The notes beneath the pieces were generated by a model, which did not search any database, was not told where the DNA came from, and saw only the letters and a program-made list of their open reading frames with translations. A stretch of 64,000 nt of DNA, from positions 1-64,000 of the forward strand of contig JAQGDQ010000461.1 of assembly GCA_030141605.1 (NCBI GenBank). The letters run 5' to 3'. A program made the translations under genes and the position numbers. Shown piece after piece: positions 12,532 through 25,619 of this stretch. Numbering within the stretch: the first letter of the stretch is position 1; each line of letters starts with the position of its first letter. Origin of the DNA: Tubiluchus corallicola (Eukaryota > Animalia > Priapulida).

Positions 12532-15500
12532 ATCAGTTATCAGTTACCCATCGTTGTCCTCTTCCATAGGCTACTGCCTGTTGAGGATCTTAACAGTGCC
12601 TAACATTTCACATAAATTAAAAAAATCCTGTCTCTCTGAACATTGACTTGTTCACAGTTCCGGTGAAAAGCTTATGGCTGTGTGCTAGGTGTTTCTTGGG
12701 GTCTTTCCGAATGTATTTCGCCGCTCCAAAATGTTTATTTAGACGGTTCTTCAAAACATTCAAAGATGGTGCTTCCACATCCTGTTCTGGTAACTTATTC
12801 AATAATCCTGGTGTTCTTCCTGTGGAAAATCGCTTTCTTGCGCTGAGTATATTATACTGTATCTTTAGTTTATACGCATGACCCCTCGTCCATCCTTTTT
12901 CGTTTTTTCCAGTTTTATTGGCATGTCGTAGTAGCCGTGCGTGATCTTGTACACTTCTATCATGTCACCTCCGTGTATGTTAATTCTACGGTATATTAAA
13001 TTAGGCAGTTTCAGTGTCAACAATCTGTCTTCATACTCCAGCCTTGATTCGCAGTAAACCATCTTTGTTACTACACGCTGTACGTTTTCTAGTAAATTGA
13101 TGTCTTTCCTGTAAAATGGTGAACAAACTACAATAACATATTCCAATATCTGTCTTACTAATGTGGTGTATAATAGCAACAACATGCTGGTGTCCATGTA
13201 GTCAAACTAGCCCTTCATCATTCTGACTATTTTGTTTCCTTTAGTGGCTACTGTTTCGGCGTGCACATCAGTTTACTATCTACAATAACTCCTAAATCTT
13301 TCTCGCTCTCCATTTCGTTTAACCCAATCCGGTATTCCATCATTATACATAACATAGTTATTGTGCATATTATGGTAACCTACATGCATCATTTTACATT
13401 TGTCTGTATTGAACATTGTTTGCCAAACTTTAGCGATCTGCTTGGCAATCAGTTTCACTGAATATTTTCACATCATCTGCAGTCCAATAACATTTTCCAC
13501 TATTTCAGGTATATCATTTATGTAGCAAATAACTAATATGGGGCCAACACGGTGCTTTGCAGAATGTCTGATGATACTGGTGCCCACTGACAATGCATTG
13601 TTGACTTTAACTCTTTGACTGCGACTGCAAAGAAAATATTCTATACATTGATGTAATTTTCCCCTAACGCCAAAGTTATGTAACTTTAGTAAGGGTCTTT
13701 TGTGCGGGAATGAATCAAATGCCTTTGCAAAATCTGAATAGATTGTGTCAACTGAAGCTCCGCAATCAATTATTTTGGTCCATAAATCAATGACATCTAA
13801 GAGTTGTCAAATACAAGACCTGCCTTTCATAAATCCATGTTGTATTCTTGATAGTTTTTCCTCTATGTGCTGTGTCAATCGTTTTCGGATAATTTTCTCT
13901 AGTGTTTTACATTGTACTAACTTTAGGCTTACTGGCCTGTAGTTGTTCTTGTCATTTTTACTTCCCTTCTTGTGGATCGGTGAAACTTGGCTCAACTTCC
14001 AATCTTCAGGTGGCTTTCCTTTGTCAAGTAATTTGTGAAAAATTAATGACAGCAGTTAAGCTACTTCTGAGCTTGCTTCTTTTAAAAACCATGGGTACAT
14101 ACCGTCTTCACCAGGTGATTTGTTTACATTCAATGAGTTAAGTTCCTCTAATACTTCATTCTCCTTTATCTCTATATCTCCTAGTATTGGTGTGTATTGA
14201 GCTACTACATTTGGCATTTCTTCACAGTTCTCCTTTGTAAGTGCACTAACAAAATAACTATTCAATAGTTCCGCCTTTTCTTGATGATTTTTAGATCATG
14301 GACCGTTTTCACTTACTGTTTACACCCAACATACTTTGGATTTTCTTTTACATTCTGAGCAATAGCGCACTCGTGCTGCCACTTTGCTTTCCATACTCCA
14401 TCTTTGTTTTGACCTCTAATTGTTGTGCAATCTTTATACTCTTTCGAAGCTGACCTGTTTATTCTTTCCTTTGAATTTGTCCCAAATGAATGAAGAAATG
14501 TCTTATAAGCTAGGTTTTTCTTCTTTATCATCCTTTTTATGCTATCATTTATCCATTCCTTCGTTCTCATTTTCCGATTGTTACAAGATTTGGCAGTAGG
14601 TACATGTGTGTCTGTTATTTCAAGTAGTTTGGATTTCAGTATGTTATACGCTTCTTCTACTCGATGAATTGCAAAAAGATTTTCCCGGTTTATTACTTCA
14701 AGTTCTGCACGAACTCTGCTCGGTTAAACAAGAGTTTGTTTGAGTAAATAAACTTATTTTCATTACATAATTTAAGCTGAAACATTGTGGTGACTGTTGC
14801 CAATTGGAGCTATATGTGTCATGTTTTGTACATTTCTTCTGATCGCCTCTGTAATGGGTTGGTAGATATACATTTTGATACATAAAGCTATCCCTTACAT
14901 TCTCTTTTAATCTGCTTATCTTATGAGATCTTCGTCTTTGGGTGAAGTCCAAACCAACCAGTTTATCTCTGGAAAATTAAAGTCACTTGTTATTAACACA
15001 TGCGAATAGTGAGTTTCTGCACTTTTAATAATTTCAAGTTCGATTTGAGTATTTTAATTGTCACTGCAGTTTGGTGATCTATAGAGGCAACCTACCAAAA
15101 TATTCTTCTCAGTATTCAATCTGACTTGTATCCACGCTCCTTCAAATTCCACAATGTCTTTGTTACAGAAATACGGTATTTGAACAACATTCATCCGTTT
15201 AGTAACATAAATGCCTACTCCTCTTCTTGGATTATTATTATTGTAGAAAAATTTGTAGTTTTTTAGGATAAGCTCTTGGTAGTCTATGTTACCACTTTTT
15301 GGCAATGTATCTACAATGCACACAATAGCTAGTTCGTATAGTTCACACAATACCTCAAATTCATTCTTTTTAATCACTAATGAACCAGTGTTAAAATACA
15401 AGCATGTTAGTTCATCTTCAGCAATGGTTTCCACAAGGTGTGCTGAATTATACAGAGTGATTGTTAGTTTGGCTGTTAGTTGTAATAACAATATGTACAT

Positions 15501-16270
15501 TTTTACGTCATTCTTTCTGTCCTCTACATGGTTGTCTGTTGTAGCAGCATTTCCAGTGTTGACTCGACCTGCTTCTGACTTGGTCGGTCTGGTCTTATTG
15601 GAGACTTCAACCTCACTGACTGTACCATCGTATCGAGAAAAATCTGTTCAGGCATTGGGGACATAATTTGTGGTTGACTTGCTTTCTCACTAGCTTCGGT
15701 ACTTTTTTGCTCTTGTACTTTTTTCTTTGGCTTCCTTTCTGCAGGAGTTCAATCATGAGCAATGAAAAAATGCTTTTTATCACCTCACACTCGCTTTTGG
15801 CCAAGTTTTTAGCTTTTTATAGGATCTTCATCTTTGTTGATTCACTTGCAACTGTAATCTTGAGTGGGCGAGTTCTTTCTGCTTTTCTATCGTATTTTCC
15901 TAGTCCCATAGGTCTGCTGAACGCATCTCAATGATTTAAGTATAATTGCTGACAGATTTTCATTACCCAGTCCAGATAATAGTTCTTCCTCTGTTCTGGA
16001 TTCCCACTGCTGCATTCTAGTATACTGTAAAAGATTGAGTTATTTCACTGAAAGTTCTCTCTAATATTTCTTCCATTTGCCCTTACTGTGTCTTTTCTTG
16101 TCTTAAACTTGAATATGTAATATCGTTAACATAATATATGTATAGATATCACACTGAAGAAAGATACAAGCTCACAGAAAAAACACAGAAGCGCAGCAAA
16201 CAAAAAAGACAATGAAAATACAGAAGCATAAAATAACTGACCACAGTTACAGAACAGAGTGTATATGCAC
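12532..16270 (-). mobile_element. Near-full-length decayed CR1-type LINE (ORF1 remnant, AP endonuclease, RT, 3' end)
   Basis: ORF1-like GKYDRKAERTRPLKITV (about 15900); endonuclease CLYFNT...GVGIYV...VGCLYRSPN (15054-15500); PIHKKGSKNDKNNYRPVSL and QHGFMKGRSC (13807-13995); ADDVKIF (about 13480); LYTTLVRQILEY...LLENVQR...GDMIEVYKI (12865-13197). Many stops and frameshifts; both ends approximate. Confidence 0.9.
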
Positions 16271-16514
16271 TTTGCTAAACTTTCAAGCATACAGCATTTT
16301 TACAAAAGAATTATGACAGCCCAGTATGGATAAAGAAATTGGTATTGAAATCAGCTCTCCTTTCTTCTGTTTTATGGAGTTACAAGGCTTAGTTGGGTTT
16401 CGTCTTTTCAGACTGTTTATCACCATGTATAAAAGATTGTTTGGCGAAAAATAATAACCATATTTCGGAAATCCATGTTGCTCTCTTCATCAGATTGCAT
16501 AAATTTAATCACAT

Positions 16515-16730
16515 AGAATTCCAGGAAGTGGTTTCGCGACATATTATTGTTACCTGTGTAAAATTATATAAATATGTGTGCGTACGTGCATGTCTGTGTG
16601 TGTCCTTTATACAAACTCATATACTGCAGCTGCATAAAAACCAGCTACCACGGCTCCGCGAAGATTTTAGACAGTGTCAGTTTAGATTACAGCCCCAAAC
16701 CCCCAATATGCAGCCAAAATGGCGTAAAAA
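16515..16730 (+). promoter_or_regulatory. Candidate housekeeping-type promoter of the sorting nexin gene
   Basis: ETS-like CAGGAAGTG (about 16522), TCGCGA palindrome (about 16534) and YY1-like CAAAATGGCG (about 16715), followed by a donor TAG|GTAGGT at about 16901 that could splice to the acceptor at 19219/19220. Confidence 0.5.
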
Positions 16731-17435
16731 ATAACACTTTCTTTGACATTCCAGCAAAGATTGTCGAATTTGTCATCCGTGATGCGCCATAACAGTCAGC
16801 ATGGTTTAGTTACATATGGGCTCATTCTGCTAAACATTGTCATCTGGGTGGCTCAGCTAAGTGCAGTTACTTGTGGATAAAGATAGTATGGTTCATTATA
16901 GGTAGGTAGATAAGCAGATAAGTAGGTCCTAACTTGTTGTTAGGTATCTTTTATTTTTATGTTTTACTTACACTTACAATAAGTCAATAACTGACTAACT
17001 ATTGGCAAATTTTGGAATTCATTGAATTCTACTGCTGTATATCAATGATTTAGAGCTGGTGCGAAGATAGTTTGTTTGCTAATATTTAAAGGTTTCGGCG
17101 ATTGCAAGTAAACGGAAGCAGAGAAGTGCTCACATAGCGATCTATTAAAATGGACCGGGAAGATAAAACCTAGAAGACTTAACTGGGTGGGTCATACTCT
17201 GAGATTACAGTCCACTTACCAAAGTTTTTCACCAATCATTTCAACCATCTAAGAAATCAGTGGGAGGCAGATTGCTCACGTGGATGGATTTCACACAAAA
17301 ATACCTCAATGGAATATTTTTAGTTTTGAAGGACACTTCATCATGGAGAGTAGCAAAAGAACGTACCGTTTGGCGGCAGTAGGTGGACAATATAATGACG
17401 ACTGATACCGTTATATGCTCCATCGGTGGTCTAAT

Positions 17436-18203
17436 GTACCGTTTACACGACCAGTTTTTAAATTGTCAAATTAAAATTGACAAACAAAAACTGTCAGTCT
17501 AAAAACTGACGCGTGTTTAGACAACATCAAGCTTCACTCCGCCAAACTCTGGTAATAACTATTCAGTAAGAGGTGTTAGTCGTCCAATTATGGTGTCAAT
17601 ATGGTGCAGACGTGCTTTGTTGTCTATACTTAATTAGCTTGAACGATTTGAAAAGGAGAAATTGGAGGAAAAGGAGTTAGAAAAGCTTGGGCGAAAAAAC
17701 TACAACGAAGAATTGAAAAAGGCAGTTGTAACCTGATTTCAAATATTTAAATGTTGGGGTATTTGACTATTTATTGCAAGAAGTTCAGTTTTACTAACCA
17801 CCGCCTATATAACACACCTACAATACTGTCGCAAATTGTTTAGTTGATTGGTAGAAAGCAGTACAGCAAAATCAGAATTTACTTTTTTATTGTCAACGAA
17901 ATCAAAATCTCTTTTGTATTAGCACTGTTTCTACCAAGCAGGTTCCAGTATCAGCCATCATACAACAGTGCTGATCGTTGTACATGTATACCACTTGCTT
18001 TATTAATAATGACAAAATTTCCTGGCCCACCATCTAAATGAACAATCGGTATGATGTAACAAGAGCGCGACGCCATTGGCTGTTGAGTTTGAGTTTTGTT
18101 TGATGAATTCAGGACGGCTTAATATCATAAATTTACTTTGTCAAACAAATAGTTTGTCAGTTTCGCTAAAACTGACAGACTAGTTTGACAAAAAAACTTA
18201 TCA
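17436..18203. mobile_element. Probable PIF/Harbinger-like non-autonomous DNA transposon remnant
   Basis: Both ends are rich in inverted TGTCA/TGACA-AAAC motifs; internal KGVRKAWAKKLQRRIEKG (about 17670) resembles a Harbinger transposase N-terminus. No TSD identified. Confidence 0.4.
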
Positions 18204-18206
18204 TTT

Positions 18207-18930
18207 CAGGTGGCTATTACGGACTGGCTTATGCAGTTCAATCCTACTAAGTGCTACATTCTAAATATTACTAACAAACAGAAACTAAACTCCTTCCAAT
18301 ATACAATTACAGATGTACCACTAACAAAGGTCAGTTCACATGAATATCTTGGAGTTACAATAGAATCTATGTGGTACATACATCTGCAATTGTGTATTCA
18401 ATAGATCAAAATCTCAACTGGAATGACCACTGTGATAAGATAAAATCTAAAAGTTATAGCCCTTTGGGCCTACTACGAAGAATGCTCACTGATTGTCCTG
18501 AGGAACTAAAGCAGATTGTATATCACACCTTAGTTAGACCTAGGCTGGAATATGCTTGTTGTGCATGGAGCCCCTATACCCAACGTTATATCACCAACTC
18601 GGAGAAGGTTCAATGCCAAGCAGCTTGTTTTGTTAAAAATAAATGTTGTTGAGAGGATGGCATTGTGACAGCACTTCTTCAGCCACTAAGATGTGACACC
18701 TTGGAGAACAGACAGTTGCTCCACCAAGCCACAATGTTATATAAAATTCGACATGGATTCGTGACTATACCCTTTCCTGCATGCGTTATACCATCCTCCT
18801 TACGCACCCGTTCATACCACCAGTACAAATATGTCCAAGTCCCATGTTTGTCCTCTTGTACACATATTCCTTCTACTTTCAAACAATCAGGATATGGAGC
18901 AGGCTTCCACCCAGAGCATAATGGTAGCAA
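18207..18930 (+). mobile_element. CR1/L2-type LINE 3' fragment (post-RT region), frameshifted
   Basis: WLMQFNPTKC...EYLGVTI, LNWNDH, YHTLVRPRLEYACCAWSPY, EKVQCQAACFV and MLYKIRHG across three frames. Confidence 0.9.
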
Positions 18931-18931
18931 T

Positions 18932-19084
18932 TCTTTGAAGCTGACAATTTTAAGAAGGCATTATATAGTACGCAATACTGTATCTTTGAAGCTGACAATT
19001 TTAAGAAGGCATTATATAGTACGCAATACTGTATCTTTGAAGCTGACAATTTTAAGAAGGCATTATATAGTACACAATACTGTA
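18932..19084. repeat. 51-bp tandem repeat, 3 near-identical copies
   Basis: tctttgaagctgacaattttaagaaggcattatatagtacgcaatactgta x3, with one substitution in copy 3. Confidence 0.95.
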
Positions 19085-19243
19085 TATGCCTTTTTGCTAA
19101 TCTGATAATTTAGTGTTTGTATGGCATTTTTAGACTTTTCACAAAGGTTGACTGTTGATTACAGGGATTATTTGCTAGTGTTTGCAGTTGATCATGTTTT
19201 TTTTTGTGCAAAACTGCAGAAGAGTCAAGTGACCAATCATCAA

Positions 19244-19309
19244 ATGTTACGAGTGTTTATCCCAAGTCACAGCCATGTTGGTTCAGCACCAGATCAACGA
19301 GGTTACACT
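19244..19309 (+). CDS. SNX24: SNX24-like coding exon 1
   Basis: ATG...GYT then gtaagt; acceptor tgcag| at 19219. Confidence 0.88.
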
Positions 19310-22300
19310 GTAAGTAGCATAAAGTTTCATTAAATCTTAACAATTGTTGTTGAGAAATCATCATGAAAAATTTATGTAGAACCTTATTATGCTGGATTCC
19401 ATTACGTGACAGATCAACCAACGCTTGGCATGGAGAGTCTTCTATTAAGAGCTGCAAACATTACTTATAATTATAACAGTATTCTGTCTATACCTGCACC
19501 AAAACAGCAAGCTCACATGAAAAGTATGTTGTTCATGCTTATGATGTCTAGAATTTATAGTTGCATCTAAGTAGTGATGCCAGTGTGCTAATTGGACTTA
19601 TTACTGGACTTATTACTTGATTTTAGCCCAGTGATAGCCATGTTTTTCATGCGACTTTGTGGATTTTCCGAGAAATAAGTTCAAAGTTGTATTGGTAACA
19701 CAATCGATTTGCATACGCAACTACAAAAAATAATCAATGGCCAGAAATAAAAGCAATCATCGATTATAAATTGCGATCGATTAAATTGATTAATCAGTCC
19801 CGCTACTAGAAGTTATTTCACTTCTTAACATTTTGAACGTTTTGAAAAATGTGATCTGTTATTTTAAGTTAAGGTAATATTGATAGATATGATGAGTGAA
19901 GCTCAGGTCATGTACATAATTCTCCTTTTTCTTTTGCTTATTTGTTTATATTCCCCTGCAGATGGAAGTGAATTAAAACTTGAAGTTCGTCATCATCATC
20001 ATTGATTCATCAAAAATTGTAAAGAATACTGAAATTACTCTACAAAAATAGTATTATAGACCTTGTTGTTTGCAGGTGTATAATATAGAGGTGTATGTTT
20101 CTGGGAGATGCCATACCATAGAAAGAAGGTATAGCGAACTATTAGCTCTTCACAAACAGGTGAGTGAGTACAGTTTCATCCATGCCTTCAGTATTTCTAC
20201 ATGTCTCATATGCTTGAAACTGTAATGTTTAGTTATGCTGAGATAAGTTGTTGCTTTGCTGCTGTCGTTTTTTAAACAACATTGATTATTGCTGTTCTCA
20301 GATGACTCATTCTCTCTGTTCTCCAATGTGAACACTTTATCAATGTCATAAACTGCAGAAAGTAAATCCCCTAAAATGTGACTTTATCAAAGTGCTGTTC
20401 ATTTCAACTTTTTGCCAAAGCGCTAATGTGACACTTACGTATTATCACAAAAGTTGATAAAAGGATTTCCACAACAAATTTACAAAATATGATGCATACT
20501 GATCAGAGATACTACATAAAATACTGAACATTCCAATGCCAGCTTCCTGACTATTATGCATTACATGCTTCTTGCTACAATATAACATTTCTTTGTCATG
20601 TATGTAAATTAATTTTATTTATCAAAACAATTGCTCTTTATATGTTTTCACAAATAAAAGTTATACATTGTTTTTTATTTTATTTTTGCAAATACTTAAC
20701 TACATGCATTTCAGCTCAGGAAAACTATCAGGACTCCAGATTTTCCACCAAAACGTGTGAGAAATTGGAGTTTTAAAGTAATAGAACAGAGGCGCTTAGC
20801 TCTTGAAGCTTATCTGCAGGTTTGTATACAAAAACATCATTATTGCAGTTCTTCATGCAGCTCAAAACTCTCCTTGAAATTTTGTTTTCTACATGTAATC
20901 TCACTTTACGCCGGTTCACGTTAAAAGTAGCATCAAGTGTATGATAAAATTTTAATTACGTGTCTACTTTAACTACCAAATGCTGCCATTTTAATTGTTT
21001 ATAATCTGTTAAAATATGGGGAAGCAAGTTGCATCTATATTTTGTAAAAAGTAGGCAAAGAACAAGTAGTGTGCAATTCATTAGCTTACTGAAAATAAAT
21101 TGAATTTCTTTGCAAATAACCTGATAATATATATTTTTGTGACTTGCTGATGCATGTGAGATCAAATTTTCCTGAAGTCATTGTAGCTTCCTTGCTGCTG
21201 GTGCTGATTACTGGAATTATTAAAAATTGAAACTACCAAAATGATTTGAGTTGCAGGAACCTTATGATATTGAATACCCACAACCTTATTTCCCACGGCT
21301 CTTTCTTTTCAAAAGTGTGTATTTTCTTTTGCTACTTATTTTTGAGATAGGTTTTTTTCACATTATAAATCTGCCTCATTGTTATAGCCAGACATAGAAT
21401 GCAGTAGATATTTAGGTAATAGGTATTGAATCTAAAGTTTTCATGTGTTTATGTCATAACTATAGTGTAATTATTTTGATTACAAAAGAAAAATGAGAGC
21501 CATTTGCAGTTGGCTGTTGTTTGTCAACAATAAAATTAAGTTGGCCATAACTTTATTGCTTCATTTTTGCAAATATGTTTGTCGCATGGGTGCATTATAA
21601 CAGGCCATTGGCGACATTAACACTGGGCAACAATCCTGACTGCTTGGACAACTGCCAGCTCCACACAGTGCCAACAGAACAACTGAATAATTTACTTATA
21701 ATGCAACTGGATTCTAATTATTGTGATGTCGGGGGGATTGTACAATCACGCGCACTTGAGGAAGCACAGAAAAATGTTTTTCCTTTAATTTATGATATTA
21801 TGTTTTTTTTTTGTTATTTAGGGAATTATCAAGAACAATGTGTATCCTATGTCTCTCCTGAACTTTCTAGAAGTTGATAATATGGAAGTTCAGTATGGAA
21901 GCTCAGAGTGAGTAGCTGCTACACCTTATTTTTGCAGGGCTGTGTAGTCGTGCTTTGAAGATTTTTTCATCTTGTGTATCTCCTTTATGAAACATGATAT
22001 TTTAAATATGCTTGGTTGTGCATGTTTCAGTGTCAGAAACATATTATCATTTAATTTTTTCATATTTGCATACTAGCTCAACTTTTGTTGCAGTTTCTGT
22101 CCTATATCATTGTCTCATGGAGCATATAGTCTTGATATTTGCTGCTTTTCATATTTCAATGTATATTTTTACCTAGCAGACTCACTTCATACTGCCACCA
22201 ACTCTTTAAATTTCTGTCCCCACCTCAAACTCCACATCATCCTTAACTGAGTTAAACTCGTCACATTTTCATGCAGCAATAACCAAAGGTGCTGTCTTTG

Positions 22301-24293
22301 TCTGCAGTTTTAATGCGAGGGACAAGGCAGCAAGTCTCAGCACTGTATACCTGAAATTACTTACTGATATAGCACAATTTTTTCTTTGTGCTTAGCCATT
22401 TCTTGAGAACAACAGTACGTCAATACAACAACAATACATTTGTAAGCCTTTCTTGTGGCCAAAATCACTGTTTACTTAGTCATGCGACTGAAGAATGCTA
22501 ACCGTCCTGTATTTACTTGAACAATTCTGTATTGTTCGACGTGCGACCAGGTCGAACTGCGAGACGTGTAGAAGCAAAAAATCTTGCAATCAATGTGGTC
22601 AATGTCAATGTCAAATTTCTACATCAAGAAGTAATGAAACACGTGATAAACTTCTGATAAAACAACAAGTAATAAAAGCACTCTACATGCTTAACAAGTT
22701 ATGTTAAGGTTATGTATTTCTGTCAGCTCTAACCTTCTGGGTATGCAGAGGTGTTTTAGTTCTTGTGGATTTATCAGAAAGTTTGTCATGTGTTTCATTT
22801 CTGTACAATGCTATGACTTTCTATTTGCTAAAATGTATTAATAGTCTGATTTGCCTTCTAACAATAGAAATGTCAATGCTTCTAAGTAAGCAGACGTTAA
22901 GAAAAAATTTTGACATTGTTAAGTTTTTTGCTTCTGCATGTCTGACAGTGTATTAAAATTGAACTCTTAAATGGTGGTGCTATAAATTGTTAAAAAATCT
23001 AAGTTTTTCAGAATTTTTCAAAAATACCAAAAGGTTGTTTAACTTTATCATGTTTAACTAAACAATTTAGAAATAACAGGTGTAATATTGACAGTGGTTA
23101 CTGGCTAACCAAAACATCTATTTTTTAAAAAAGATAAAAAGATATTTCTTGCTACGAGGTCTGAGTTTATTAGACATTTGTTCTAAAAACTTGTATAAAT
23201 CCTAGATATGGAGAACAAAATTAATTTCTATTTACTAATTTTATTATTTGTTGTGATTTTTCTTATTTTAATTTTTAGAGATATTGTTTCCTCAAGAGTA
23301 TGGTACTTGAAGTGTGGCCTAAAATCTCTTTTGATTCCCCAAAACACTGGCAGGTTTCCAATCATATGTATGCATGTGCAATGATACGTATTGAAAAATT
23401 TATTTCCTTAGCTACTTTAGATTGCCAGGTTCAGTTTGTGTGTGCGTAGATATAATAAGAAAAAACAAATTTTCAGTACATCAATGCTCTAGAAATCTGC
23501 AAAGAATGTTTACAGTGCTATGTGTTTAATACTTCATGCAGATATAGTTTCAGTAAGGAAGAAAATTGCTTATATTTGCAGGTCTTTAGATGCCATTGTT
23601 TTGGATCAAGGACATAGTCATCAGGCTTTAGTGGCATTTAGTGGAGATGCATTCCTTCAAGATAAAGGGCCTTCGGGTAAATTTTTTAATTTTCTATGTT
23701 TTTATGGCATGTTTATGTATTGAGGCTGCTTAAATACAGATAGTCGAATATTGATTTCCATTCTCTCTGTTACATCACATATTGGACCTGCTTCTGGTAT
23801 TAGCTTTCGGAATTAAAATATTGCATTTAATTTTGTTGTAGATTTAATTATGTATTTTGAGTACAATTTGAAGTCAAATGAAATTAAATTGCCAGTTTAA
23901 TTTCTTGCATCTTATGATGCTGTGTAAATTTGTATGTGATATATACACATAGTCAATCTGAATTCGGAAGCCTCCGTAAGATTATTATGTGCCATCCATG
24001 TAGAATGCACATGAAGTCCTTTTCACAGCTGAAAGAGAGAAACTCCAATATATAAACTGGTAAACGCGAAATGAAATATGATATAGTTTTTAGATTAATT
24101 TAAAAATTAATTTTATTGCTTCATATCTCAATATTAGTTTGTTGTTATTTTTTTGAACAGCTTACCGGCCGTGTCTATTTCAATCCATTTCTCTTTTTTA
24201 GGAAATCTGTTTGCAAGTGATATTATCACTCAAGGTGTTTTCATGGGACTTTATGGTGAAAACAGTTCACTTAACGACATGTCTGCTTCATGA
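19244..24293 (+). CDS. SNX24: Sorting nexin 24/22-like PX-domain protein, 175 aa; join(19244..19309,20076..20159,20715..20819,21822..21907,23582..23676,24202..24293)
   Basis: Six exons, all GT-AG, phases 0,0,0,2,1, total 528 nt. Translation MLRVFIPSH...RGYT/VYNIEV...RRYSELLALHKQ/LRKTIRTPDFPPKRVRNW...EQRRLALEAYLQ/...SHQALVAF...DIITQGVFMGLY matches my recollection of SNX24/SNX22 in the PX domain and C-terminal tail; no database search was run. Confidence 0.92.
20076..20159 (+). CDS. SNX24: SNX24-like coding exon 2 (PX RRYSE motif)
   Basis: tttgcag|VYNIEVYVSGRCHTIERRYSELLALHKQ|gtgagt. Confidence 0.92.
20715..20819 (+). CDS. SNX24: SNX24-like coding exon 3 (PxxPxK loop, helix 2)
   Basis: tttcag|LRKTIRTPDFPPKRVRNWSFKVIEQRRLALEAYLQ|gtttgt. 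Confidence 0.92.
21822..21907 (+). CDS. SNX24: SNX24-like coding exon 4
   Basis: tatttag|GIIKNNVYPMSLLNFLEVDNMEVQYGSS|gtgagt. Confidence 0.85.
23582..23676 (+). CDS. SNX24: SNX24-like coding exon 5
   Basis: tttgcag|SLDAIVLDQGHSHQALVAFSGDAFLQDKGPS|gtaaat. Confidence 0.85.
24202..24293 (+). CDS. SNX24: SNX24-like last coding exon
   Basis: ctcttttttag|NLFASDIITQGVFMGLYGENSSLNDMSAS-TGA. Confidence 0.88.
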
Positions 24294-25505
24294 TTCAATT
24301 TTCTAGAAGCGCATCAGTGCTATCCTAGATTAATAGTTAAAGATACGTTAACTACCACTGAGTATGTGTCATATAAATATTTACGTTATAATTATTGATA
24401 GTGGGAGCTGATAGGCATCAAGCAGTCTTCTTCGTCAAATTAGTAAAGGTGACACTTGTTCCAGATGTTTCATTTAAATCGTGGCGTAGCACTCAGTGTA
24501 ATGATTTGTATTAACATGTTTTAATTATAACAATTGCATCAAATTTATTTATTATAATCGTGCCTTAAACAATAATAGTAAGCAGGATCTGCCAAAAGAA
24601 GGGTTCGCTGAGAGAATAGGACATACTCTTTTATCTTCTTTGAACCTAGTCGCAAACACTTATAGCTCTGCATAAACAGAGGTATGATGAATTTCAGGTA
24701 TGATTAAAGAGGTTTTAATAAATAGACACTAATCTATAATTCACTTCTTCTTTACTATGACCAATCACTATGGATGCACCATATATTTTGCGTATGTAAC
24801 AGAAAAGCAAATACAGTATTACATTGAATGGATTTCGTTAATCGAAGGGTGTTGTTTTTGGTAAAAAATACCTACAGCAACTTTTCTGAGTTTTCGTCAA
24901 TGAAAGTAATATTTTGTTAGGTGAATGCTTTTTAGGCAGACTCATGCTGTATATGAACATACTGTTGTAAAACTGTGAATATGATTGTTACACACACTGT
25001 GGAAATGATTTATCATTGTTTAATCTATAATCTATAACAATTGACTTAATTTTTTAATCATGCTAATCAATATTGCTATTGCAAAGATATTGATTTGGTT
25101 CAAGACATTTTTACAATTGTACGAGTAAATTTAACGAGCCATTGAATTTCATACAGTACAACAGAAAATATGCACCAAATGAATGCAATCAGCCCCAACC
25201 ATGTTTAATCGAAAGGTTCCTAAATCAGTTGTCATAAATTTTCAGTATTTTTTTATGAAACAAGTTTGCAGTTGTATAAATATTTTTTTACTTTCAAATA
25301 TTTTAGTTTTCTACAAGATATTGTCTTCTGCCTACTTTGTACTACATTTTTATATGTGTATAGTATAATGTATTTCACAAAGTTTTTGCTATTTAGGTGA
25401 TCTGTTGTTGTCAATTAACTGACTTGATCAGGTATAGAACATAATTGCTTTTTTAATACTATAACAGAATGCAGCCATTTTATATGAAATTTGCAAAATA
25501 TGTTT

Positions 25506-25511
25506 AATAAA
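25506..25511 (+). terminator. Candidate poly(A) signal of the SNX24-like gene
   Basis: AATAAA followed by GT/T-rich ttgtgtgtattt, 1.2 kb past the stop codon. Confidence 0.5.
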
Positions 25512-25613
25512 TTGTTATAATTGTGTGTATTTATAAAGGTTGCCTTTTCTTATGGAATCGAATGCCTCCATTTTATCAAGAATACCCAGAAGGTGCCAAT
25601 TAACCACATTAAA

Positions 25614-25619
25614 TTTATT
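25614..25619 (-). terminator. Candidate distal poly(A) signal on the minus strand (HR4 3' end?)
   Basis: AATAAA on the minus strand preceded by several TGTA motifs (25629-25672). Confidence 0.4.

Noticed and set aside
18932-19084. Repeat array as a possible CRISPR or repeat protein
   Set aside because: Head-to-tail units without spacers, eukaryotic context, and fused to a dead LINE frame.
19572-19810. Possible hAT MITE (TAGTGATG...GCTACTA)
   Set aside because: TIR match is poor and there is no 8-bp TSD.
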